This document shows positions 1 to 11,460 of a DNA stretch of 64,000 nucleotides, in pieces; position 1 is the first letter of the stretch; each line of letters begins with the position of its first letter. The DNA comes from Camelus dromedarius (taxonomy: Eukaryota). The translations under genes and the position numbers were made by a program. Location: positions 91,762,001-91,826,000 of the forward strand of contig NC_087436.1 of the NCBI RefSeq assembly GCF_036321535.1. Direction: 5' to 3'. Below the pieces are notes generated by a model. That model saw only the letters and a program-made list of their open reading frames with translations, ran no database searches and was not told the DNA's origin.

Positions 1-815
1 TTAATTAGGTCCCATTTATTTATTCTTGCTTTTGTTTCTATTGCTTGGGTAGACTGCCCCTAGGAGAACATTTTTGAGACGTATGTGAGATAATGTTTTG
101 TGTATGTTTTCTTCTAAAAGGTTTATAGTTTCTTGTCTTATGTTTAAGTCTTTAAGCCATTTTGAGTTTATTTTTGTGTATGGTGTGAGAGAGTATTCTA
201 ACTTCACTGATTTACATGCAGCTGTCCAGTCTTCCCAACACCATTTGCTGAAGAGACTGCCTTTACTCCATTGTATGTTCTTGCTTCCTTTATCAAAGAT
301 TAGCTGACCAAATTATGGGTTTATTTCTGGGCTCTCTATTCTGTTCTATTGATCCATATGTCTGTTTTTGTACCAATACTATGCTGTTTTGATTACTGTA
401 GCTCTATGCATCCTAGTATTGTCTGAAGTCTGGGAGGGTTATTCCTTCAGCTTCATTCTTTTCCTTCAGTATTGCTTTGGCAATTCTGGGTCTTTTGTGA
501 TTCCATATAAATTTTAGGATTGTTTGTTCTAGTTCTGTGAAAAATGTCCTGGATAATTTAATAGGGATGGCATTCAATCTGTAGATTGCTTTGGGTAGTA
601 TAGCCATTTTATCAATACTAATTCTTCCAAACCAAAAATATGGGATATCTTTCCATTTCTTTAAGTCATCTTTAATTTTCTTAGTCAATGTTTTGTAGTT
701 CTTTGTGTATAAGTTTTTCACTTCCTTGGTCAAATTTATTCCTAAGTGTTTTATTTTTTTGGATACAATTTTTTAAAGATTGTTTCTTTACCTTCTTTTT
801 CTGATATTTCATTCA
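1..815 (-). mobile_element. LINE-1 ORF2 fragment (region C-terminal to the RT domain), 5'-truncated, disrupted, runs off the left edge
   Basis: Minus-strand ORFs 413-733 (…[36 protein letters not shown]…[32 protein letters not shown]) and 16-207 (…[18 protein letters not shown]…) are classic L1 ORF2p motifs; the frame is broken between them. Confidence 0.97.
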
Positions 816-1019
816 CAAACTATCTAGGAATAGGGGAAGTAATAAGAACCTTATATTTTCAGAGCTTATGTGACATGACCAATTTATAAGAAAATTAAAC
901 AGACTACTTAATATTAAACAAAAAAGAATAAAGTGGATGTGCTATGTCTACCAAGCATTGCTGAGACCAATTTCCCAATAAGTAATAGTCATCATATTTT
1001 AAAGTAGTCATAATAATTT

Positions 1020-1370
1020 TTAAATAGTAATAGTAAGTTTAGAAGAAAGAATTCAGGGAGGAAATCAAGAAGAAAGAATTTATAAATATAAAGACAGGTA
1101 TAAAAAAAACAAGAAAAATGCAGGAAAGGTAAAACATACCAAAGACCTTTCTTCTTTGAAAACCTCAAGAAAATAAATAAAACTCAGGACAATCTAATCA
1201 AGAAAAAAAAAGAAAGTCAAAGCAAAAATTAGGATGAAAACATTCAGTGCAACCATAGACATGAGAGTGAGTAAACATTATAAAATATTATAAGATGTAC
1301 AACTCTTATATCTATAATAAATCAAAATATTAATGAAATATAGACTTTTTAATTGAAATACATCATTGGA
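1020..1370 (+). mobile_element. Ancient L1M ORF2 remnant
   Basis: A-rich degenerate L1-like text (TTCTTTGAAAA…AAATAAATAAAACTC…CTAATCAAGAAAAAA…AATGAAATATAGAC…GAAATACA). Confidence 0.55.
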
Positions 1371-1884
1371 GTTTTTGTAGCCCTTCCGAGAGAAGACCAG
1401 CATCTATTCTTAGCTCTCCCTGTAACTCTTACAACAGCTCAGATAAAAGAAGATGAAATTGCCCCCGTGGGTGCCTTGCAATAATTGGTCCAACCTCCAG
1501 TTCCTGCTTCACCCTCACAGGTCCCTCAGCAGCTGAGCTTTGCCTCCTTTCATGTCCTGCATGGTTAGAAGATGATCTTCAACAAATTGAGAAGAAACCA
1601 TAATTTTTTTTTAAGTTACAGACTTTTTGTTAAAATCATTAGAAAATATGCTGATTCTTCACAGAGGTACTACTTATTTTGTATATATTTGTTTAAAAAT
1701 GAAAATGGCTGTAGTTTAGAATTGTATCATGTTAAGAATCAAAGAAAATTTCCAGAAACGGATCCAGATATATTTAATATAAAGTTACAGAAAGCACTTC
1801 ATATTTTTCAAACTGTTTTAAAAAAATGTTTTCTTATCCTCACAGTAACTGACTGAGGTGATATAATCATTGTCACTATTTACA

Positions 1885-2220
1885 CAGTGCCGTGGACACA
1901 GCTGCCCAAGGTATCCCTTTAAGGAAGGAGATGCTGCTTGAACTGCCAGGCATGCTGTTGGCAAGTGCCTTTTCTATCTCAGCCCCTTCTGGGTTTCCCT
2001 CAACTGCAGAGAGCCACTGTCACCATGGGAAGACCCTTTCTAGTGCAGCCCACAGCCAAATCTGGCCCAGTGCCAGATGACTCTGACAGGCAATTTTAGC
2101 TCCAGAGCTCCTGGAGGGTTGGATAAGAGTCATCAGGTCTGCATCACAGTTCAAGTTCTCAGCTTTATCTTGCTTCCTTCCTCTACTTTCCACAGATGTT
2201 GATCTCAAGGGCTGTCCCTC
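1885..2220 (+). mobile_element. ERVL LTR, LTR16-like
   Basis: …GCTCCAGAGCTCC…CTGCATCACAGTTCAAGTTCTC…CTTCCTTCC…TTCCACAGATGTTGATCTCAAGGGC resembles the LTR16 3' portion. Confidence 0.7.
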
Positions 2221-2454
2221 CACCCTTTCCAAAAAACCACACCTGCTTAAATAAGATTAAGCTATTTGTTTAAACCTACTAAGTTCTTAGCATGTGCTTA
2301 ACCATACTGTGTGAAGCCTGTGGGAAGATGGGATTTGCTCAGCAGAGGTGGGGTGTTGGAGATGTGAGAAGGTCAGCTCTGCCTCACAAAGGAGGTGTGA
2401 TATAGACTAAGTTGGAAAATGGGTAGGTTTTTGGCAACCTGGAAAAGTAGCATA

Positions 2455-2498
2455 GTGTGTGTGTGTGTGTGTGTCTGTGTGTGTGTGTGTGTGTGTGT
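2455..2498. repeat. (GT)n microsatellite with one interruption
   Basis: Seen directly. Confidence 0.98.
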
Positions 2499-4360
2499 TC
2501 ATGTGTATGATATGAGGGGGCTGAGAAATGGGAACAAAGAGCAGTAAGAACGACGTGTTGAGAGTCAGGAGTAGTGCATGGTAATGTGAAGTTAGTGTGC
2601 TTGGAAATGGCCATGGGATTCCATCAGCCTGAGAATGAGCTACAGAAGTGAAAGCAGTTATGGTAGCAGATTGTTTCTCCAGGGTACAACTCTCTCCATC
2701 TTAGGTTCTCAGGATGAATCAAAATTATACTGCCCTTTACATTAACTTGATACACTATAATAAAAGTTTTGATTTTCCTTTATAGAAAGTCATGATTGAC
2801 CACTTAGCTTTATAAACACTTTACCACTTAGCTTTGCTGCAGTGCCAAGTTTACTCTCAAGGATGGCTCTAGAAGAGTCTCAGGGAGAGTCTAAAGATGG
2901 CAGAGAATTCAACTGGTAAAGACTAGTTCTTATCTGAGATAAGAGATAAGGAAGGAGAGCATGGAAACTTTGAAGAATGAAAAGATTGTGGCTGAGAGAG
3001 TGCAGCAAATAAGAAACTGTTGTTTGAAGAAAAGGACTAGATAGAAACATTGAGGGAGATGATGAGGTCATGACACAATCGTTGGTGAGCAATTTAGACT
3101 CTAAATCGAGTGAAACTACCAGGTTAATAGCTGCTGCACACTCTGAGAATTTACTGTTTAGTTTCAGAGACTTTCAGGAAAATGGATTTCTTTTTCTCCC
3201 AGAGCTTGAATGAAAGTCCCTACTTCTGAGAACGAAGACACTGTCCTAAGATTAGACACTGTCCTAAGATTAGACACAAGTTACTGACCAAAATCATCAA
3301 GTTCTATTAGAAATAGTGACAGTAGAAAAAATAGTTTAACCTTTCAGAAGAAATGAACTCCTTTGGAAGTGAACATAATAACACCTTGTAAAAAAGAAGA
3401 GTCGGATTAGAGATTTGAGGGTCCCACATACAAAATGGGAAAACGGGATAAAATCAGCAGCCAAAAAATGCAGGGCATAATGAAAGTTATTTCTGTCCAA
3501 AATTCAGAACCTCACCCTAGTTAAACAGAGCACTCAAGATGACATTATAGGAATAGTGCTGATAATAAAAAAAAAAAAATTAATTACACAAGAAACACAT
3601 TGAGACTGAGACTCAAAATTCCATTGATAAACTTCCAAATGAAAATACACTTCATACTTGTTATCTAGTATTTAGAATAGAAAATATTATTATTGAAATT
3701 ACACTATGATTTTAGGATCTTCGCCACTATTGTGTCCCTATAGAACTATATTCTAAAGTGTGCAGTAAGCATGCTAATTTTATCTGATCTACATGTAACT
3801 AACTGTCAATGGTAAAAACCTTAAAAGAACTTCCAAGATAAACTCCCCTTATTTGGAATTTCATATGCTGATGAGTCTAAATATTTAACAATGTAGTTTT
3901 TTTTTTGAGCTTGAATTAGTCCCAAACTGCTCTAGGTGATTATTTTAAATTTCTATGATAGTAAGTTTAATTTCCTTATTGCCAGATTTTTATATTTTAA
4001 TTTTAACTAATAATGAAATGTCTATTATTTTGTACAATATTAATTTATAGGGCAGGATAAGGTAGTCTGCGTCCTTTGAGCTCTTTGTCCCTCCCTATAG
4101 GACATGGGAGCAAAGACAGCCATCACCCTACACTTGTACATGACATATTTGCTGAACACTTATTATGTGTCTGATGCTGTGTTATCTGCTAGGTAATAAT
4201 ACTTTCAAGTTTATGCTGTGAAATATGATCAGTATTAACAAGAGAGACACTTGTTTGTCATATATATCCTATCATGACTGGAAAAAAACTGTGAAAATCC
4301 AGGACCAATGAGACTTGGTAAACAGGAATGAGAGAGGAGAAATTAGAAATAGTAGCACAG

Positions 4361-5272
4361 TGAACTGGGAGCAGCTCTGTGACTCCCCTTTCTTAACTTC
4401 ACAGATCACCAGGACTGTTTTTATAAGCTGCTGTATTCCTAAAAAAAAACCAAAAAACCCTTCCTTACTGCCTAGGCCAGCAAACTCTTCACTGAAACTG
4501 GCCTTAAGGGTGTCTTGCCCTTTGGGGCCCAGAATGCCAAACCTCATCCATCCTGTTCCTCAGGGAGGAGAAGGGGGAAGTACACTTTGAGGGCACTGTT
4601 TCCCAAGTAAGCCATTAGGAGTGTCTGCTCCCCTGTGAACTTTCTGGCAACAGATAGAACATTCTCAGCCTCCTCACTGCTTCTCTGGAGTTCTTTCTTC
4701 TGCCTTCTCAGGAAGATGGTATCTGATTTTGACCATTAGCCTTGTTGATTCCACTAGGTGCATCATGTCCCCAAATTTCCTGCCCTCCCTGGAGACTGGA
4801 GGCCTGGGGGAAAGAACCCAGGTTGTTGCAAGGGGGCCTGATAGGATTCTGGGCAGAGAGACAGGATCCTGCTGAGACAGCAGGAAGCCCCCAGAGCGCT
4901 CTCCCCCAAGGATGAAACAGGCAGAGCTCAGGTTCCAGATACAGCAGAGGCTGAGTGTGCTGTGGTCCCAAAGAGGGTCCCTCCTTGGTGGCAGGGCTGG
5001 GAGCAGCCGGGGTCTGGGAAGGTCAGCCAGGCCCCTCCCCCTACCCATAGGCCTTACCCCTCTGTTTACAGTAACCCGCCCCAGGCCCCTCCCCTAGAGG
5101 GCATGGGATTCCAGGGTCCACCCTCTGTGTCAGTGGTTATTTGACGATTTGATTTTTTTTTCTTTTTTTTTTTCCTCTGTAAACTTATAACTTGGCTTTC
5201 CCCTCATTTCAATTCCTGTGATTTATGCCAATAAAGTTTGCCATTATTTTCACCTGTTAAAAAAAAAAAAAA
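4361..5272 (+). pseudogene. 5'-truncated processed retrocopy consisting of an mRNA 3'UTR (parent not identified)
   Basis: GC-rich block in AT-rich DNA; AATAAA at 5230-5235; A14 tail at 5259-5272; degenerate TSD AAATAGTAGCACAG (4347-4360) / AAATGGAAGTACAG (5270-5283). Confidence 0.75.
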
Positions 5273-6824
5273 TGGAAGTACAGCAAACTAGACACTGGGG
5301 GTAGGGTAACGAAGGAAAGCAGGGAAGGAAGAAAAGAAATGAAATTCCTAGCCATTATGAAAAGATGTGACACAAACTGAAAACAGAAAATTTAACTGCA
5401 CACATGTGTCTGTGCATATGCACGGACAGAAAATACCTCTATTCCTTCTCTTGGATTCTCATTGGTTGTACATAGATGGGATGTTTCCTGGTAATGGCCT
5501 GAGCTTATATACATCCACAGCAATTAAGCACTTACAGATAGGAACACACAAAAAGATGCTACTCATTGAGAAACGGAAACTGGAAAAGCGTGGGAAAATT
5601 TAACATCTTTAGCACCTAAAGTCTTTTTGACTCTTTTCTCTTAGCACTTGCCCATGTCCTAAGCCAATCTTGTCTCCTTTTCCTAAACACCAGGGAATAT
5701 AGAGCTGTCTTGTTTCTCTTTCTGAGAATACCCAACAACCTCAGTCCTTAGGAATACCAGGGCATAGAACATACCCCCAGGTATGCCCCGGGTTTAAGAC
5801 AGTGATAGGCACTTTTGCAATTGACATGGGAGATAAAGCCTTCTCTGTGGAGCACGCACACTGCTTCCTTGGCTACATCCTCTGGGGATTTTAAACACCT
5901 GGATTGTGCTCCCTCTTTCCAGGACACCTACAAGCATCTACGGGGAGGGAGAGGTTCTTCCTCCACCTGGCTGAAACCTGGGGGATTAGAAACGGGTCAT
6001 TTTCTCTTGACCTATTTTCCTCCCATGTTTGTTTAACAGCACATAAATATGAGCAAGTCTTTTACTCTCTCTTGGCTTTAGTTTGTTCCTATAAAAATAA
6101 GGATAGTACCTGCTCTCAGGGGATTTTAAAGAAGTAAATAGATAAGTAAACCTCTGAAAATGTACTATTAGTCACTCAAGAAACATTAGATAGCGTCACC
6201 ATTGTCATCATCATCCTCATTACCATCTTGCTTACTGATTATTGCCCCACAGGCTTCTGTGTCTACTCCTTAGAGCTACCTTTGGAGGGAGCAGCAATCT
6301 CACCTTCTACCCCTGCAGGTCCTAGCTTTATTCCCCAATGCGTACAGTGACCTGAATGTGCTAGGACTCTTCCGCAAAACACGGTCTTCATTCAGTCATT
6401 CTCTCCTTCATGTAACCATTCAACAACACCTAGGAAGCAGCAGACTGTGCATTCAGCACCAACATTAAAGCTGAATTTAAAAGGCAGGAAGAAGACAAAT
6501 TCTGTTCCCACTTTCCTGAATAACTGCTAGCTTCCTATTAACTCCTTTTTAATTTTTAGCTCTACTTACCAAAGACTATTTTGCTGAACAGGGTGCTCAC
6601 TCTATCCAGATCAGTTTTCTGTGTGCTGTTACCTCTAAATCAGCTACAAGAGCTTCCTGTGATTATATATAAGTTTTAAAAAGTCAAATGGATTTAGTAC
6701 TGAATAGAGTGATTGCAACCTTTTATTGAACTCTTATTCTTGCCCCAGTTACGTTTTTTTAAAAAAGTAAAATTTAAGTAAGAAAGTAAAACTCTAAAAA
6801 CTTATTTTTTTACACCATTAAAGC

Positions 6825-6975
6825 TTTCTCATAACATTGTGAAGTAGATATTGCCATCTCCATTTTATAGATAAAGATGCTGAAGATCAGGGAAGTTAAT
6901 TAATTTGCCCAAGTTACACAGATGCTAAGTAGCAGAGTTTTGATTGAAACCTGTCCAAGTCTAAAGCCCATGTTG
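6825..6975 (-). mobile_element. MIR SINE
   Basis: MIR core: CCATTTTATAGATAAAGATGCTGAAGATCAGGGAAGTTAATTAATTTGCCCAAGTTACACAG. Confidence 0.85.
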
Positions 6976-7104
6976 TGACCATGACATTACTCTACCATCC
7001 TTGCCCTGCCTCAGTAATGTATATGAATCAAATTAACTTTACCATAATAATTTATTCATACATCATCTTATAGTTGCAATACCCCCACCTAGATTTCCCA
7101 AATT

Positions 7105-7250
7105 TCTTTCACAACATACCTATAAATCATAATAGACAAAATATCCCTTTACAGAAAAGGAAATTCAGACTATGGGATTTAGATGAGATGGTGTCAAGTC
7201 TTCTTATAGTGAGGGGCAGAGTTAAGACACAGCTTCTGACCCTGAACCCT
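7105..7250 (-). mobile_element. MIR SINE (degenerate)
   Basis: TTTACAGAAAAGGAAATTCAGAC…GGCAGAGTTAAGACACAGCTTCTGAC. Confidence 0.55.
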
Positions 7251-9019
7251 ATTTGAGAATTAAAGCCTGTAGATACAAGGCTTTAAGCAGTAGAACACGG
7301 TCTACCAGAAATGATCTGAACTGGAAGAAGTCGAGTAAGGACAATTAAAAAAAAAAAAAAAACAAGCTCCCTAGGCAGAAATTGAGGCTAAAACATCTAT
7401 TCTAATGGCTAGTACAGAACTAGTACACAAGAGCCAAAAACAAAATTATCACCTAAACCTATGATCAGTCAAATGAGAAGACTTAGCTTTCAGCTTCCAG
7501 GTTATAAGAGAAACATGCTTAGGTTTACTCAATCAAGGTTTAATGTAAGAAAATCTACAGAAGAAGGAAAATGTAAATCTGATCACATTACTTCCTGGTT
7601 TTACATTTGCCAAGTTTCAATAACCTGTCTGATGAAGACGAGAATCCTTAACGTGGTTTACAAACCTTTCAGTGTAAGCTATGACTTTATCTCCGACCTC
7701 ATTTCTAGCCATTCCAGCTGCCCAGCTAAGCTTATTGCTGCTCTTTAAAAGGACCATGATCTTATCTCTAAACTTGTAAAATGCGTTGCATGCTTTGAAT
7801 TCAAAGACAAAATGGGAGGATCTGATTGGTCTAGCAGTTGCCAGCTGGTACTATGCAAAACCTCTGCTCATAGAGCTGGTAGGAAAGAAGCTAGCAGGTA
7901 CATAGTGATCTTTCTTAAAGGTACCATTCTCTTTCATTGTGACCCCAGGTGATCTGTGGTTGCAAAAACTACCTGCAGTTAGTCAGTTCCTTCAAAAAGA
8001 GTTTGTGGGAGTGGAATGCCTAGCCCGAGATGGACAATCACAGCATAAGATCCAGCCAGAATGCAGAGTAGACAAGCAAAATCATTAGCAGCACCTCAAG
8101 GATACAGTCACACTCCATTGCATAATTCCTTAAGACTGAGTCCACGAATTTTTAATCATTTTATATAGGGTAGTAGGTATGAAGATGCTAAACAATGAAC
8201 TTGGCTTAATGCCTTAAACAAACAACAGCCATTGGCAAAGTCATTCATTAAGGTTCCATTTACCCTTTTATCATCAACTCTAATTATTTGTTTGAACTGA
8301 GATACTGTTATTACCAGGCAACATTGCAGGCAGTAAAGGAAAATATGCTTACATTTTTCAAGTATGGATTGCAGACTTTTGCCAAGTCGAGCTTTAGTCT
8401 GACATACTATGTTAAATAACAAGGTTGTTAAGAAAAGGATTTTCTTTACAACAGACATAGGAACCTCATTAGTGAATTTGCTAATTAACTTGGCTTAAAT
8501 AGATAAACACACTGAAGTAGGAAGACAGGCTAATCAGTTTTGCTAAAGGAGCCTGGCTACTTTCCATTTCAAAAACCCTTGGGCTTATAATGAGATATAT
8601 TATTTCTAGTGAATAATTTTTAGAAAATGAATTATAACATTACTGGGACATTTTAAAATTTCACATCACTGTAACCACATTAAAACCTGATCACTGGATT
8701 GATGATCACAATGGCTATTACAATTGTCTCTTTCAAAATAATCATTAAGTATATTGAAAGTTACAGTTGCATATGGTACTATTTTAATTATCCTACATAC
8801 AACTGTCAGCTATCATTAAACCAGTTTGTGTTATGGCTTGGCACACTCCAAATAGAACATGTATTCTGCAATTTGGTATGAACAAATCTGACTTGTCAAT
8901 TAATCAAATAATTGAAATAGTTTTATACAGTTTTTAATTTTTTTTGCATTGCATAAACTAAGGAATAAATTTTTACCACTTACTGTGCTAGTGTATTATT
9001 TTTGCTTTCTCATTTCACC

Positions 9020-9475
9020 AGTGCATGAGCCAAGATACCATCAGGAAACACAAATATTTCAATGAGCAGACTTATAAAGAGACTTCACTTACAGAGGAGT
9101 GGGCAGGAATAAGGAAGTGAATAAAGAACGGGGAGGCACCCGCAGTAACAATGCAAAGCCATTACCGTTCCCAGAGCTGAAATGCCAACAGTATAATCAG
9201 CATTCACTGAGAAGTAGGGGGCTTTGGAGCAGTGGTCGGCTGGCACATAGATACGCCCAGAGACCCCATAAAGCAGAAAGGAAGGAGGAAAGAAACACTG
9301 GTCTTTTCCTCCATTCCAGTACAATCTGACAGTGGCTCCTGTTGGCTTGACCCAAACAGAAGACAGTCAACTAGGGAAACTGAAGATGTAATTCCCAAGG
9401 CTTGGCCTCCTAAAGCAGAAGATGTTGAAGAAGGGTGGAGAGTGGATCAGGATGAAGCAGACACACAATTTACAC
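9020..9475 (-). mobile_element. ERVL LTR, LTR33-like
   Basis: CCTGTTGGCTTGACCCAAACAGAAGACAG…GCCTCCT…GAAGGGTGGAGAGTGGATC matches the recalled LTR33 reverse strand. Confidence 0.6.
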
Positions 9476-9934
9476 AGTTAGTAATATAAAGCTGTATAAA
9501 TGGCGCTGTGTGAAAATGTCTTCCTAAGAAGGCTTCTTACTATAAAAATTTTATTTTGTATTATAAAATAATTCAAGTACACAGAAAAATAGAGAGAATA
9601 TTCTACTAAGTACTGCTCTATAACAACCTGGCTTTTTCTCATCTTAAAAATTGGCCATGTTTACTTCATAAATTAAAAAAACATATATACATGGTTGAAG
9701 CCCTCTATAATTCTGAACCTGTTCTCCTCTGTTCATTTTTAAGCCACTTTATAATTGATAATTCTACACGTGTATTTAGAATTTTATTTCATGCATATAT
9801 ATAATATAAAAATATATATAATTATATAAAATGTATGCATACATAATAAATATGTATAGAGTTCCTTAATATGTCTTAGTCTTCAAATAAATTGTATTAG
9901 ACTGTGTATATTTTTAGACTCACTTTTCTTAGAC

Positions 9935-10585
9935 TTTTTTTTAATTGAAGAATAATCAGTTTATGATATTGTGTCAATTTTTGGTGTATAGCATAATAGT
10001 TCATTCATACATATACATACCTATATTCCTTTTTATATTCTTTTCCATAGGTTACTACAAGATATTGAATATAGTTCCCTGTGCTTTACAATAGAAACTT
10101 GTTGTCCATCTATTTTATATATAGTAGTTAATATCTGCAAATCTTAAACTGCCAATTTATACCTTCTTACCCACTTCCCCCATGGTAACCATAAGTTTGT
10201 TTTCTAGTGAGTCTATTTCTATTTTGTAAATAAGTTCATTTGTGTCCTTTTTTTCTTTTTTAGATTCCCCACATAAGTGATATCATATGGTATGTTTCTT
10301 TCTCTTTCTGGCTTACTTCATTTAGAATGATAATCTCCAGGGCTATCCATGTTGCTGCAAATGGCATTATTTTATTCTTTTTATGGTTGAGTAATATTCC
10401 ACTGTATAAATATACCACAACTTCCTTATCCAGTCATCTGCTGATGCACATTTAGGTTGTATCCATGTCTTTGTTATTGTAAATAGTACTTCTGTGAACA
10501 ATGTTCTGTGAACATTGGGGTGCATGTATCTTTTCCAATTAGAGTTCCCAGATATATGCCCAGGAGTGGGGTTGCTGGATCATTC
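9935..10585 (-). mobile_element. Lineage-specific L1 3' end (ORF2 end plus 3'UTR), inserted into an older L1ME-type 3' end
   Basis: T-tract, then TTGAAG…CAGTTTA…GTGTCAATTT…GGTGTATAGCA…TTCCCTGTGCT…CATGTTGCTGCAAATGGCATTATT…CCCAGGAGTGGGGTTGCTGGATCA. Confidence 0.93.
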
Positions 10586-11199
10586 ATAACTTTTTAATTT
10601 GAAGCATTCAGGTAGATACAAAAAATCCTAGTTCATGCTTCAAGCTTTAGCATATTCCATTGTATTTGATATGAAAATGTTTTTATATAAAAGGTTGTCA
10701 ATTATTAACAATTAGAGAGAATGCTGTAATTGACATATTTATGATCTTCTCTTTGTGGCTTCAGCATCCGCTAAGCCTGGCCAGAAATATACCATTTCAC
10801 TTGACGGATGTGTGCTGCTAGACTCCTTGAGCCATGACTCAGTGGCTCAGGTCACGTAATCACCCAGTTTTCCATAATACAGCACCCAGTTTCTATCCAG
10901 CATTCATTCAGGGTGCTGGCAGGGTGAGAACCATATCTTGAGAAATACTGTTATTTTCTAAAGGGCACATGATCTAGAAACAAAACTCCAGTCACCAGTT
11001 CTAGCTATTGAATGTGGCTGAGTGAAAACACTCAGAATAGCTGGAGAGGATGTAATGTACACTCATCAGACAGCATCAGAAAATTGTCAAAGAAGTGAAG
11101 AGTTGTAAGAGAAAGATTTAGAAGGAAACTGAGAGGTGAGGCTGGAGAAGACTGAGAGGCTGGGTAACTGAGCAGTGCTGTCCACAGACAGACAGGAAA

Positions 11200-11460
11200 A
11201 ACAAAGACTGGACTTTAAGCCCACAAGCAGAGGACCCCTGGTAAATAGTTTCAGGGTCTTACCCAAGTGAGAAACTGAAGCCTTCTGCCAGAAGAATGGT
11301 GAATGAGCTTGGAAAAACTCCCAGCTCAGTCAAATCTTCAGAGAGTACAGTCCCCACCAGCAGGTCAACAGTTTGACTGCAAACTTGTAAGGGTCCCTGA
11401 ACAAAACTATCTATCTAATAACTGTGTCTAATATTTACCAATCTCAAACTCCCAACTAAA
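11200..11460 (+). mobile_element. MaLR LTR fragment (MLT1E/F-like)
   Basis: GTGAATGAGCTTGGAA…CCCAGCTCAGTCAAATCTTCAGA…TTGACTGCAAACTTGTAAGGGTCCCTGA. Confidence 0.55.

Noticed and set aside
4272..5144. Several ORFs in the GC-rich block
   Set aside because: They lie in the inferred 3'UTR retrocopy, overlap on both strands and show no known motifs.
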